Shown in pieces: positions 38,092 through 48,912 of a DNA stretch of 64,000 nucleotides (its first letter is position 1; every line of letters starts with the position of its first letter). The position numbers and the translations under genes are program-made. The notes under the pieces are model-generated. The model was not told the origin of the DNA. It worked only from the letters and a program-made list of their open reading frames with translations, and searched no databases. Source of the stretch: Candidatus Poribacteria bacterium (lineage in GTDB: Bacteria > Poribacteria > WGA-4E > JAJDTR01); contig CBDCTK010000002.1 of assembly GCA_965222225.1 (NCBI GenBank), positions 3,840,001 to 3,904,000 of the forward strand, given 5' to 3'.

Positions 38092-38769
38092 ATGAAAATT
38101 CTTGGGATTGATACCTCGACCCCGATTGGCAGCGTTGGCTTAATCGAGGGGGACGATTTTATCGCCGAACATACGTTGAACATCACGCAAGCCCACTCGT
38201 CGCGGTTGATGCCGGCGATTGATCAGGTTTTGAAGTGGGGCAATCACACCGTTCATGAACTCGATGCTTGTGCCGTGGGAATAGGTCCCGGTTCATTCAC
38301 CGGAGTCCGAATCGGTGTTGGTACGGCAAAGTCTCTCTGCTATGCCATCAAAAAACCGATTATAGGTGTTTCAACGCTAGAGGCGATTGCCTATAATCTG
38401 CGCTATACCGAGGGTTTGATTTGCCCGATACTGGACGCGCGTCGGGAGGAAGTTTACGGCGCGGTTTTTCATGGTGGGGCGACGCTGGAACGCAGGTGCG
38501 AAGACCTCTGTGTTTCAATTGAAGAGTTGCTAAATCGCGTTGAAGGTTCCGCCGTTTTCGTCGGTGACGGTTTGGATAGGTATGCCGAAGCGGTGCGAGG
38601 AAGATTCGGCGCCGATGTGATTTTAGCCGACTCGACGTTCAATGTGCCGCGTGGAACAAACATCGCTCGAATCGGGCGCGAACGTCTTTTGCGCGGCGAA
38701 TCGGACGACTACTTCGGATTGATCCCGAACTATATCCGGAAAGGACTGTATGGCAAACCGGAATATTAA
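38092..38769 (+). CDS. tsaB: tRNA threonylcarbamoyladenosine biosynthesis protein TsaB
   Basis: ILGIDTST, HS..LMP, GPGSFTGVRIG, DARR.EVY. Confidence 0.93.
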   Translation: MKILGIDTSTPIGSVGLIEGDDFIAEHTLNITQAHSSRLMPAIDQVLKWGNHTVHELDACAVGIGPGSFTGVRIGVGTAKSLCYAIKKPIIGVSTLEAIAYNLRYTEGLICPILDARREEVYGAVFHGGATLERRCEDLCVSIEELLNRVEGSAVFVGDGLDRYAEAVRGRFGADVILADSTFNVPRGTNIARIGRERLLRGESDDYFGLIPNYIRKGLYGKPEY

Positions 38770-38906
38770 TATCCCACCCGCCTGAAAACCCAACTTCCAT
38801 ATCATGTGACTACGGCAACATCAGTGAAGAAACCCGTCCGTAGGTCGCAACAAACCCGAGAGATTCCCCTCCATTCCTATATCTCACGCGTTTCGCCTTA
38901 CAACCC

Positions 38907-40325
38907 ATGAACCGTGTCTTTGAAAACACATCCGCGCTTCTAGGCGCCCATCTCATCACTCGCTTGCTCTCCTTAGGTGTGACATATTTGCTCATGACTC
39001 GTTACTATGGAGAAAAGGAGATGGGGAGCTACTTTCTCGCCATGTATTTCACCAACTTGATTGCTAGTGTGACTGAGTTGGGTATGCATGCTCCGCTGAT
39101 TCGTGAAATGGCCCTGCGTTTGAATCAAGCGCGGCATTTCCTTGGAAATGCTTTGATTATTAGAACCTTGCTATCAATTGTCGCATTCGGATTGATGCTT
39201 GGGGTGGGACGTCTGTTGAATTATCCGCCAGCCACCATGCAGATAATCAAACTGTTCGGGTTGGCGGAGATTCTTAACTTGGTTGCGCAGTCGTACCGCT
39301 GCGTCTTTCGGGCATTCGAGCAGATGAAATATGAAGCCTTCACCGTTATTGCTGAGCGGTCTGTGGTTTGCGTCGTTGGTGGAGTGTTAATTGTCCTGGG
39401 CGTGAATCTCTACGATTTCTGCGTCGTAATCCTAATCGCGAGTTGCATCAACCTTGCCCTGAGTGTCGTGCTCGTCCGATGGAAGTTTGTCGGGTTGCGT
39501 TTTCGATTCAATCTGGCAATCTGGAGCGTGTTGATGCGCCAAGCGTTACCCTTTGCACTCGGCAACATGTTCCATCTCGTCTATCTTCGGATAGGTGCCA
39601 TCATGCTTGAAAGGCTGGGCCCGGACGGCATCGCCGCAAACGCTTGGTTCGGCTTGGCGCATACCTTCGTAAACGCGGTCACAATCCTCCCGGGCGCATT
39701 CTTGGGCGCGATGTTCCCGGTGATGGCTCGCGCTTTCGAGGACAACGAGAGCGACTTTCGCGCGGCGTACACCTACGCGACCCGATGGATGGTTCTGCTC
39801 GGGGTTCCCACTGCTGTTGGCATCGCCGCATTAGCGTGGCAAATAGTCGCCATATTGCCACCGGACAAATACGCGGCATCACGGGTCGCCCCCGCGTTGC
39901 AGTTGTTGAGTTGGTCGGGCGGGCTTGCCTTTTTGACGACAACCCTCATCACGTTGCTGCGGGCGGCGGATAAACGCACCCAGCTCACGCTGCTTATGGG
40001 AGCAACCACGCTCATAAACATCGGGTTAAACTATCTGCTCATTCCTCGGCACAGCCATATCGGCGCCGCGGTGTCGCTGATTGTTAGCGAATCGTTTCTG
40101 TTCGTTGCCGGCTTCGTTTACATTTCTCGGCGCGTCGCAACGCTGACTACTATACGGTATGGGTTCAAAGCCGTCGTGCTTTCCGCTCTGATGGGCTGCG
40201 GACTGATTGTTCTCAGAAAACTATTGCCGATATGGGTACTCATTCCGTTGGCGATCTTGTTCTATGCAGCGGGAATGGCAATTTGGGGGGAATTGAGGCG
40301 GGACAGTTTCAAGCAGGCACTGTAG
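38907..40325 (+). CDS. Oligosaccharide flippase (Wzx/PST family)
   Basis: Many TM helices, ELG....IRE, AMFP, LNYLLIP..HIGAA. Confidence 0.85.
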   Translation: MNRVFENTSALLGAHLITRLLSLGVTYLLMTRYYGEKEMGSYFLAMYFTNLIASVTELGMHAPLIREMALRLNQARHFLGNALIIRTLLSIVAFGLMLGVGRLLNYPPATMQIIKLFGLAEILNLVAQSYRCVFRAFEQMKYEAFTVIAERSVVCVVGGVLIVLGVNLYDFCVVILIASCINLALSVVLVRWKFVGLRFRFNLAIWSVLMRQALPFALGNMFHLVYLRIGAIMLERLGPDGIAANAWFGLAHTFVNAVTILPGAFLGAMFPVMARAFEDNESDFRAAYTYATRWMVLLGVPTAVGIAALAWQIVAILPPDKYAASRVAPALQLLSWSGGLAFLTTTLITLLRAADKRTQLTLLMGATTLINIGLNYLLIPRHSHIGAAVSLIVSESFLFVAGFVYISRRVATLTTIRYGFKAVVLSALMGCGLIVLRKLLPIWVLIPLAILFYAAGMAIWGELRRDSFKQAL

Positions 40326-40381
40326 TTGACAGGGTCATGAACTTGCTTGAATGGGACGTGGCGAAACAATCGCAATTGCAT

Positions 40382-40504
40382 GAAGGAGTGATCAACCGAC
40401 CAGACAGGGACGGCGATAGAAATTCCCTCCGATTCGCGACTCCGATTGCCGACAGTTAAAGATCCCTATCGCATTCCTTATTCAGTCGCTTGATCCCGAC
40501 CTAC
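40382..40504. repeat. Two convergent REPs, each filled with a hairpin element
   Basis: Plus unit at 40390 inside GAAGGAGTGATC..TCCGATTCGCGAC; minus unit 40460-40495 inside a GTAGGTCGG REP. Confidence 0.82.
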
Positions 40505-40513
40505 CGGAAAGCG

Positions 40514-40864
40514 TTAGACCGCCGATGAAACCGTAAATCCCCCGACCAACGAATAGTTCGCGGCGTATTGATAGAGTTTAGAATTCACCTTCTGAATTTG
40601 GTCGGGTGTGTGATGAGTTCCCTCATTAGACCAGGCAGCATTATTGGCTTCTACACTTTCCCAGAGCGTCAACCAACCGTAATCGGACTCGGCATGTGCC
40701 ACGGCGTCAAGATCGCCTTGGTATCCTTTCAGCAACTCTACCCCTAGGCAGCCGGGCAGCGCGCGAATCGAGGGCAAAAACTCGTGCAACATGAAATCCT
40801 CAAACAACTCCCCTTCAACGTCAGGTTTCAGTTCAATCGTGTGAATGGCACGAAAACGTGGCAT
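40514..40864 (-). CDS. Small protein, dimeric alpha-beta barrel/ABM-like
   Basis: GGAG RBS; LPGCL..ELLKG..W.TLWESVEA pattern. Confidence 0.6.
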   Translation of the reverse strand: MPRFRAIHTIELKPDVEGELFEDFMLHEFLPSIRALPGCLGVELLKGYQGDLDAVAHAESDYGWLTLWESVEANNAAWSNEGTHHTPDQIQKVNSKLYQYAANYSLVGGFTVSSAV

Positions 40865-40962
40865 AAATGTTAACTCCTCACAATCAGCAATGGACGTGCG
40901 CTGCGAAATAGAAGATTACGCTCGATTCAAGCGCATTCCGTACCTCGCAACTCCGTTCTAGT

Positions 40963-42033
40963 TTAACGCCCTCCGATGAACGCTTCCAACATCTCTCTGG
41001 CTTCCGTGTCGGGATACTGCCTCGGGGGTGATTTCATGAAGTAGGCGCTTGGACCGTAGAGAGCCCCGCCGATTCCTCGGTCACGCGCAATCTTGCAGCA
41101 GCGGATAGCATCAATCGACACACCCGCCGAGTTTGGCGAATCCCAGACTTCCAGTTTCAACTCAAGCCTTACCGGAATGTCGCCAAATTCTGTTCCTTCC
41201 AGATGGAGATAGCACCATTTTCGGTCATCAAGCCACGGCACATAGTCGCTCGGGCCTATGTAGACGTTCCTTGGCGAAATGTCGTGGTTAAGTTGAGAGA
41301 CGACAGCGTCCGTCTTGGAGATTCGCTTGGACTCCAACCGCTCTTTCTCAAGCATATTTTTGAAGTCCATGTTCCCGCCTACATTTAGCTGAGAGGTGCG
41401 GTCAACTTTCAATCCACGATCGCACATCAGTTTTGTCAGGACGCGATGAACAATTGTCGCGCCGAATTGTGCCTTGATGTCATCACCGACGATGGGCAAG
41501 CCCGCAGACTCAAACTTGGCACGCCACTGATCGTTCTTGGCGATGAAAACAGGCATGCAATTCACGACACCGCAACCGGCATCCAATGCCTGCGTCACGT
41601 ACCATTTGGTCGCTTCCTCGCTGCCGACGGGCAAGTAGTTAATGAGGACATCAGCCTCACTTTCTCGCAACACGGCGGCGACTTCAACGACTTCGGCGGA
41701 CGACTCTTCCACCGTCTCGCGGTAGTATTTGGCGAATCCATCCATCGTCGGTCCGCGGTGAACGGTGACGCCCGTCTCCGGCACATCCGAGAATTTAATG
41801 GTGTTGTTCGGTTCAACCCAAATTGCCTCGGCTACATCCCTACCAACCTTGTTGCTATCCACATCGAATGCCGCCACAATCTCAATATCGCTTACGTGGT
41901 AGTCGCCCACGTTTACGTGCATAAGGCCGGGCACGAATTCGTCGCCTTTGGCATCCCGATAGTAATGAATTCCTTGAATCAACGAAGAAGCGCAGTTTCC
42001 TAGACCAACAATAGCAACACGAATTTTTGACAT
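40963..42033 (-). CDS. ino1: Inositol-3-phosphate synthase
   Basis: [51 protein letters not shown]. Confidence 0.93.
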   Translation of the reverse strand: MSKIRVAIVGLGNCASSLIQGIHYYRDAKGDEFVPGLMHVNVGDYHVSDIEIVAAFDVDSNKVGRDVAEAIWVEPNNTIKFSDVPETGVTVHRGPTMDGFAKYYRETVEESSAEVVEVAAVLRESEADVLINYLPVGSEEATKWYVTQALDAGCGVVNCMPVFIAKNDQWRAKFESAGLPIVGDDIKAQFGATIVHRVLTKLMCDRGLKVDRTSQLNVGGNMDFKNMLEKERLESKRISKTDAVVSQLNHDISPRNVYIGPSDYVPWLDDRKWCYLHLEGTEFGDIPVRLELKLEVWDSPNSAGVSIDAIRCCKIARDRGIGGALYGPSAYFMKSPPRQYPDTEAREMLEAFIGGR

Positions 42034-42502
42034 CGTCTCGATCCTCCAATTTGAATGTATGAATCGCTGTCAGGTGAATGAATCATGTTCGAAGGCAACA
42101 GCTCGCGTAACGACAAAATCAGCGACTCAAGAGCAATCGGATATTCATAGAAATCCTTATGTATGTAGTCCATTTCACAGTATGGCTCTAATCACCGAGT
42201 GCGGGGCTTACCGCGAGTTAGCCTATAGGATAAGATTTTGCCCTCTACACAAAGCGATTGTCGGGTGTACCTGCCGACCTACGAGAAGACATCTTGTAAA
42301 ACAGCGTAATCAGGAAGTATACACCAAAATTCATAAAAGATCAAGAGCATTTGCTGGGATAGAAGCAGGGAATGGCTGAACGGACGGAAGAGTGGAAGGA
42401 GGGAACAGGGTGAATAGAGAAGTAGCGGAGAGGGAGGCCGGGGATTCGATGGTCACCGATGTCACCCTACAGAAAAAGTGCACCACACGGGAGAAAGAAA
42501 CC

Positions 42503-42620
42503 GATCAACCGACCGGATAAATCAAGCGATCGAACAGGGGGCGATCAAGGGAATGAAAAATGACCGCGATAGAGTTCGCATAGGGATCCCAGGGCGATAG
42601 AAAATCCAGATAGAGATCCC
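42503..42620 (+). repeat. Triple-nested hairpin elements inside an AGAAACCGA..CTCGGTTTC palindrome
   Basis: Three left halves then matching right halves in reverse order; empty host type at ~15531-15564. Confidence 0.82.
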
Positions 42621-42700
42621 TTTCAGGAAAAATCTCGGTTTCAACACCTTGGAATTTACAAAGGCTGGCGGGATTTCTACACCTGAACAAAACGGGCTAC

Positions 42701-42742
42701 GAGCCTGTTTGAAAAGTACAGTTTGTAGGGTGCGATCAGCTG
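42701..42742 (+). mobile_element. Single left end of the GAGCCTGTTTGAA MITE, truncated at a hairpin-element start
   Basis: GAGCCTGTTTGAAAAGTACAGTTTGTAGGGTGC GATCAGCTGA. Confidence 0.65.
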
Positions 42743-42992
42743 ACGAGTTCAATCAAACCAAGAGTATAGGTATAAAGATAAACCCACCTACGACATCAAG
42801 AGTCAGTTTGAGTAATGGATAGAAGAGTCATGTCTGGTCACATGAGGAGTGGCTTTTTTGTTGCTTTGCAGTCACTCGCGCTGCAACGCACGCGGAAAAT
42901 GTTTGGTGGTCTCTTCGTGTGCTCGAGAATACGAGAAAAGTAGACAGTGAAACAGTGCGAAGAAAACGGCGGCACTGGCAAAGGAGGTTTTT

Positions 42993-43655
42993 GTGATGAG
43001 AAAAGCGCAATTTTTGGGTTTTAGTCTTTTGCTCACTTCTGTTCTGTTTCTGCAGAACAGTTTTGCCCAAGACTATACCCGATGGGAGTTGCCCGAGGGC
43101 GCCAAATCACGTTTCGGCAAAGGTTTGATAACCGGCAATATAGAGTATTCGCCAGATGGCAGGAAACTCGCGGTTGGGAGCAGCATCGGTGTCTGGCTAT
43201 ATGATACCGCCAACGGTGCCGAAATCAACTTGTTCGCAGGACATACGCGCCCGGTACGTTGCGTGGCGTTCTCTCCTGATGGTACCATACTTGCCAGGGG
43301 GAGTGGTGACACGACGATCCGATTGCTACAGTTGGCACGTTTAGCCGCAGTGTCAAGAGCGACGAACACGTCGCTCTTGCCAAACTACCCGAATCCGTTC
43401 AATCCGGAGACGAGGATGCCGTATCAATTGGCGAAAGCCGCAGAAGTGACATTCACGATTTACGATATGAATGGGTGGAAGGTTCGAACGCTGGCGGTGG
43501 GACATCAACCTGCCGGTGTATATCAGAGTCGCAGCCGTACAGCGCATTGGGACGGGCGGAACGACGCCGGTGAGCCGGTGGGAAGCGGAGTATATTGGTG
43601 CACCCTTGATGCCGGGAGTTATCAAGAAACGCGGAAGATCGTCATACAAAAATAG
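42993..43655 (+). CDS. Short secreted WD40-repeat protein with FlgD-Ig/T9SS-like CTD; probably internally deleted
   Basis: QDYTRWELPEGAK.R.GKG, about two WD40 repeats (YSPDG, GHT..V..VAFSPDG), then NYPNPFNPET..WDGRN. Confidence 0.7.
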   Translation: MMRKAQFLGFSLLLTSVLFLQNSFAQDYTRWELPEGAKSRFGKGLITGNIEYSPDGRKLAVGSSIGVWLYDTANGAEINLFAGHTRPVRCVAFSPDGTILARGSGDTTIRLLQLARLAAVSRATNTSLLPNYPNPFNPETRMPYQLAKAAEVTFTIYDMNGWKVRTLAVGHQPAGVYQSRSRTAHWDGRNDAGEPVGSGVYWCTLDAGSYQETRKIVIQK

Positions 43656-43738
43656 CACGTAAGGTTTCTTCCGGAGTAGCTTATCGGGAATCAACAGAAT
43701 TGCGTTTTAGTTCGTTCATGATAGGGTTTGATTCACCA

Positions 43739-44884
43739 TCATTGCGGGATGCTCATCCCAACCGAGATGAAGCGCGCCGCACGCGCGGCAGCCTCAACCG
43801 TAAGGTCAAAAGCGTTTTCAACCGCACTCTCCAACGGCATCGGCGCTGGTACAATATCGATTATGGCGTCGATTCCCGCTCCATGAACGCCCTCGGCTCC
43901 GTCGGCGATACTTCCGGAAACGGCGATCACGGGAATGCCGTACTTCTTTGCAAGCTTCGCGACACCGACAGGCGTTTTGCCAAAAACGGTTTGAAAGTTG
44001 ATTTCTCCTTCGCCAGTCACGACGAAGCTCGCGCCCTCAAGTTGCTTTTCGAGTTGCACGGCGTCAATCACGATCTCCACGCCGGATTTCAATTCAGCAT
44101 TCATAAAAGCGATCAAACCCGCGCCTAGCCCGCCAGCAGCCCCCGCACCCGGAATCTCTCCAACAACTTTCCCCATATCACGTTGAACAACTGAGGCGAA
44201 ATGCGCCAAGTTTGCGTCCAGTGTTTCGATCATCTCGGGCGTCGCGCCTTTTTGCGGTCCATAAACATAGGCTGCCCCGTTCGTGCCCGTCAACGGATTG
44301 TCTACATCGCAAGCGACAACGGTGGCGGTTGCCGCAAGCCGCGAATCTAAATAGGCCAGATTGATTGCGTTGAGTGCACCTAACCCCCCGCCACCGGGTG
44401 AAATCTGTTTACCATCCGATGTCAGCAACTTCGCGCCGAGAGCTTCCGCCATCCCTGCGCCGCCATCGCTCGTCGCACTCCCTCCGATGCCGATGATTAG
44501 CTTCCGACACCCTCGATTCAAGGCGGCTTTAATGAGTTGCCCTGTCCCGTACGTCGTTGTTACCAGCGGGTTACGTCGATCAAATGGCACAAGCGTTAAA
44601 CCGGAAGCCGCTGCCATTTCGATGACTGCCGTAGTCCTATCTCCGAGGATGCCATATTGCGCCTCGATTTCGTTCCCAAGCGGATCCGCAACTCGCTCAA
44701 CTAGAAGCTGACCGCCAGTTGCATCAACAAGCGATTGGACGGTGCCTTCACCACCATCTGCCATCGGCGTTTTTTTTATCATTGCATCGGGAAATACCTT
44801 TCTCATGCCCTGTTCTATGGCTTCGGCAGCTTGCAAAGCGGAAAGGCTTCCTTTGAACGAATCCGGTGCTACAACGATTTTCAT
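43739..44884 (-). CDS. glxK: Glycerate kinase
   Basis: MKIVVAPDSFKGS, ADGGEGT, GIGGSAT.DGG, CDVDNPL.G, GAAGG.G, TGEG. Confidence 0.93.
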   Translation of the reverse strand: MKIVVAPDSFKGSLSALQAAEAIEQGMRKVFPDAMIKKTPMADGGEGTVQSLVDATGGQLLVERVADPLGNEIEAQYGILGDRTTAVIEMAAASGLTLVPFDRRNPLVTTTYGTGQLIKAALNRGCRKLIIGIGGSATSDGGAGMAEALGAKLLTSDGKQISPGGGGLGALNAINLAYLDSRLAATATVVACDVDNPLTGTNGAAYVYGPQKGATPEMIETLDANLAHFASVVQRDMGKVVGEIPGAGAAGGLGAGLIAFMNAELKSGVEIVIDAVQLEKQLEGASFVVTGEGEINFQTVFGKTPVGVAKLAKKYGIPVIAVSGSIADGAEGVHGAGIDAIIDIVPAPMPLESAVENAFDLTVEAAARAARFISVGMSIPQ

Positions 44885-45082
44885 AGTGGAGTTTTCCGTA
44901 TCCGAAGGCGAGAGAGAAGTTTTTGGAGTAGTGAGAAGCAGTAGGACGACTACGTTCGTGAAGAAAAGTGACAAACCCTTACGGAATGTCGGGTGCCGCT
45001 AGCTTACTTTTCGACGTGTCCGTTCTCTTACCACCAAAACTTTAGCATAGCACACAGATTGAGTTCCACTCAACAGTAAATA

Positions 45083-46068
45083 GACATCTTTCCAAAATAA
45101 GCATCTATTTGGCTTGATTTTACGTTATATCCTTTCAACATCTTCTATTGTAGAAAGGATACCCATGAGTCAATTTGAAAAAGCAGTAAAGTTGTCAGAT
45201 GAGCAATTTCTGCGGGCGGTTGGTGTTGATAAGACAACTTTCAACCTTATTTTGGAGCGTGTGGCTGTTTACCTCGAAAGTGTTCGAGAAGAACGGCCGA
45301 TGAAGAAACGAGGAAAGAAATCGGAGGTGGCATTGCCCGATCGCCTTCTATTGACATTCACCTATTTGCGCCACTATCCAACCTTTGCCAGATTAGGCAC
45401 GGAGTTTGGTATCAGTGAGTCTTATGCAAATAAAATCTATCATCAGATACTTGATGTGTTATTAAAGTGCTTTCGATGAAGAATCGAAAGCACTTATTAG
45501 AGAGCAATCTCCAAACAATCGTCATTGATGTCACCGAGCAACCCATTGAACGTCCAACAAAAGGACAGCGTGTCTACTACAGCGGTAAAAAAACGGCACA
45601 CAATAAAAGTTCAATTGATTGCGTGTTTGGCGATGTTAGAAATATTATCGGTTATCTGCCGCAAAGGGGGCGTTCACGATTACAGAATTCTGAAGGAAAG
45701 CCGTCTGGCGATTTCCCCCGAAACTGAGAAGTTGGCTGACAGTGGTTATCAGGGCATAGCCAAACTGTATGCCAACAGTTCGACGCCCATCAAGAAATGT
45801 CGGAGTGGGCCCTTGACTCAGGAGGCAAAGCAATTCAACCGACGGTTGGCAACACAAAGGGTTGGTATTGAGCATATCGTCAGATGGTGTAAGATTTTTC
45901 GCATCACCAAAGACATCTATCGAGGCAAACATCGCAACTATGGGAAAACATGGAATGTGATTGCCGCGATTGTTAACTTGTGACACTCCTCGACAAGTTG
46001 CCAAACAGTGTAGTTATTCTAATCTCCAAGATTACTGTAACTACATAATTCCATTTTGGAAAGATGTC
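45083..46068 (+). mobile_element. IS5-family (ISL2-like) insertion sequence
   Basis: 16-bp TIR GACATCTTTCCAAAAT / ATTTTGGAAAGATGTC, flanked by TA. Confidence 0.85.
45165..45983 (+). pseudogene. IS5-family transposase split over three frames
   Basis: HTH part (YLRHYPT..LG..FGISES), IDVTEQPIERP..YYSGKK, A7 run, LADSGYQG, RVGIEH; extra shift near 45465. Confidence 0.8.
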
Positions 46069-46340
46069 TAATGAGCTTCGTATCAGGAAAACCGGGCAAA
46101 CGATGAATAAGCTCGGTATCGGGGCAAAAGCGCAACTCCGAATAGATTTTCAGAAAAAACTCAAAAAAGTGCTGTGAAACGCCGATTTATATAAAATTTA
46201 TGAAACGACCGCTAGATAACATCGTTTGTGAAGTGTACGTAAGTTTCAGAAATGTGTTTTGAGTGCGTTCTGGGTGTATCTTTCCAAAAGATATATCATC
46301 CTACATCTTGGCTCGACTGGTACATTTGTAGACACCGGGC

Positions 46341-46456
46341 AATCGAATAGCGAGCAGGATTATCTATGGAATCTCTATCGCACTCACTATCGCGGTAGGA
46401 TTTCTATTGTGCTCCGTGTTCAGTTGCTTAATCCGCCGCTATCCGATTAGTTGAAC
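46341..46456 (-). repeat. Degenerate hairpin-element cluster
   Basis: Repeated GGATTATCTAT / GGAATCTCTATCGCACTCACTAT / GGATTTCTATTG and CTATCCG..GTTGA half-units. Confidence 0.65.
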
Positions 46457-46615
46457 GACAGAGATTCGCAGGCTGTTAGGTAGTCAAACGGATATAGTTT
46501 GAGTAAGGATTCGACACTCGGAATTGCCTTAAGAATTCGTTCATAATCAGCGTTTCGAAAGTAATAACAATGGTACTGGTATATTTGTATTCAAATCCTA
46601 AAAATGCATACTATA

Positions 46616-47659
46616 TAGGAGTTACGCAGTTGAGTGAAAATAGGTTATAATTTGAGTATGAATCCCCCTAAATATACTGACACTGACTATATTGATTTCT
46701 TGGTAGCCGCTCAGAAAAGTTACAGTTGTCTTGAATCGGAAAAAGTTCAACCCCAAGCTGATAATCCTCCGGCTCACGATTCGATAACACGGCTCTTGCA
46801 TCGAGAGGAACCCGATACTGGCAAACTGTGGCAAGAATCGAGAAATCAGGTGAAATTAGAATCCGGAATTTTAGTTATAGATGACTCGACTCTGGATAAA
46901 CCTTATTCACAAAAGATTGAACTCGTGACAAAACACTGGTCAGGGAAACACCACCGAGTTGTGAATGGGATTAACTTGGTCACTTTGCTCTGGACGGATG
47001 GCGATAGACATATTCCGTGTGATTATCGAATCTATGATAAAGCCAAAGACGGCTTGACGAAGAATGAGCATTTCCGCGCCATGCTTGAAGAAGCGAAAAC
47101 ACGCGGTTTTGCTCCTGAATGTGTGTGTTTTGATAGTTGGTATGCCAGTCTAAAGAATCTAAAAGCGGTGCGAGGTCATGGTTGGAAGTGGCTTACTCGT
47201 CTAGCTGCCAACCGACTTGTCAGTAAAGATTATTCCGGTAACCGTCCGGTGAGTACGCTTCCGAGTGAATCAACAGGTACAATTGTCCATCTCAAAGGCT
47301 ATGGATTGATTCGAGTATTTAAGGTTGACACTCCAGAAGGTGACATTGAATATTGGGCAACGAATGATTTACAGATGGACGAATTGACGCGTCTCAAATA
47401 TGCCGAATGGTCTTGGACAATAGAAGAATATCATCGCGGGATTAAGCAATTTGTTGGCATTGAACGCGCACAAGTGCGCTCTGCTCGCACTCAAAGAAAT
47501 CATATCGGTTTAGCGCTGAGAGCCTTTCTGAGAATTGAGCACTATTGCTATCATACCGGTATCAGTTGGTTTGATGCAAAACTCTCTATTGTCAGAGATG
47601 CGGTACGGGCTTATTTGGCACAACCTCTTTATACGCTTCAGCCAACTGCGTAACTCCTA
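46616..47659 (+). mobile_element. IS701-family insertion sequence, intact
   Basis: Perfect 17-bp TIR TAGGAGTTACGCAGTTG, flanked by a CTATA direct repeat. Confidence 0.9.
46658..47653 (+). CDS. IS701-family DDE transposase
   Basis: HDSITR.L, VIDDSTLDKPY, FDSWY, W.IEEYHRGIKQ..G. Confidence 0.9.
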   Translation: MNPPKYTDTDYIDFLVAAQKSYSCLESEKVQPQADNPPAHDSITRLLHREEPDTGKLWQESRNQVKLESGILVIDDSTLDKPYSQKIELVTKHWSGKHHRVVNGINLVTLLWTDGDRHIPCDYRIYDKAKDGLTKNEHFRAMLEEAKTRGFAPECVCFDSWYASLKNLKAVRGHGWKWLTRLAANRLVSKDYSGNRPVSTLPSESTGTIVHLKGYGLIRVFKVDTPEGDIEYWATNDLQMDELTRLKYAEWSWTIEEYHRGIKQFVGIERAQVRSARTQRNHIGLALRAFLRIEHYCYHTGISWFDAKLSIVRDAVRAYLAQPLYTLQPTA

Positions 47660-47913
47660 CTATATACTGATATTATATACACAGTTAGCAACAGTTTTGC
47701 CTGCCTAATACATTATACAATCCAGATGTAGTATGTCATTGAAAATCATGCACCAAATAATTCGCTTCAAAGGTTAATATTTTATTTTCAAAACGCTTGA
47801 TTCAATTTCTAAATCGTGCTATACATCGTGCTATACTAAGGTTGTTAAGTGTAGGGAATGGGTATTTCCTTCCCATAAATCCTGTAAGAAAACAACATTT
47901 AAGGAGGTTGACG

Positions 47914-48912
47914 TTGAAAAGTACATACATACTTGCCATTATGTCCCCGGATGGTAGATCTGTGCGGCAGATAGCGGTCGGAAGGTGGTGCTTGAAGTTA
48001 TTATATATTTTCCTCTTTACAGTTATAATCAGCGCACTCGGGGGGATCAGTTACGGGATTTTCTCTAAATCCAGCCACCAGGCGATTGAACAAAAGAACG
48101 CCAACCTTAATGAGAAGGTGCAAACCCTACAAGCCAAACTTGATTCTGAAAAGAGCACAATGGACGAAATTAAGAGAATGGCGGACAAGGTGCGTAGTGG
48201 GTTGGGCATAGACGCGGAAAAAGAAGGAGTGCTCGGACAAGGCGGATCTGGATTTGGCGCCAACTCACTTGAGGATTCTGAATCGAGCGAGGCAATCGTT
48301 GACACGCATTCTACTTCACACTTAGAAGCCTACCCTAGTGAAAAACCGGACTCGTTAAGCACGCGAGTCGCGAAGGCGAAGGCAGCAATTGAACCCGTTT
48401 ACGAATACGTAGAGAAGGAAGAAAAGAGACTGAATGAAACACCTTCTGTCCTCCCCATAATTGCGCCGGAAGATGGCGAAGAGAAAATCTACTGGTACAC
48501 TTCTGGATATGGCCCGCGTCCAAATCCAATAACGAGGCGGGGACGTGAATTTCATACCGGATTAGATATTGCCACCAAAAAGGATACGCCCATCATAGCC
48601 TCCGCACACGGAATTGTTTCATATCGCGGTTACCACAGGCTCTTGGGAAATATGATCAGAGTTAAACACCCCTCAGCGAAAATGGAAACAGTTTATGGCC
48701 ATATGAGTAAGTTCGCTGACGATATGAGCGTCGGGAAAAAAGTCGCACGTGGGGAAGTCATCGGCTATGTGGGTACCAGTGGTCGCAGTACCGGATATCA
48801 CGTGCATTATGGGGTCTGGGAAACCGAGAAAGACTATGAGATTTGGGATTCCAAGGAAGGGCGCTGGATTAATCCGGTGAACTCTATCTTTGGTCATTGG
48901 CCCGGTCAGTAG
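47914..48912 (+). CDS. M23 family metallopeptidase with N-terminal TM and coiled coil
   Basis: HTGLDIA, YGHMS, G.VGTSGRSTGYHVHY; AAGGAGG RBS before TTG 47914. Confidence 0.9.
   Translation: MKSTYILAIMSPDGRSVRQIAVGRWCLKLLYIFLFTVIISALGGISYGIFSKSSHQAIEQKNANLNEKVQTLQAKLDSEKSTMDEIKRMADKVRSGLGIDAEKEGVLGQGGSGFGANSLEDSESSEAIVDTHSTSHLEAYPSEKPDSLSTRVAKAKAAIEPVYEYVEKEEKRLNETPSVLPIIAPEDGEEKIYWYTSGYGPRPNPITRRGREFHTGLDIATKKDTPIIASAHGIVSYRGYHRLLGNMIRVKHPSAKMETVYGHMSKFADDMSVGKKVARGEVIGYVGTSGRSTGYHVHYGVWETEKDYEIWDSKEGRWINPVNSIFGHWPGQ

Noticed and set aside
45083-47659. The IS5 or IS701 transposases as mobilisers of the hairpin element
   Set aside because: DDE enzymes need matching TIRs and create target duplications; the element has neither.
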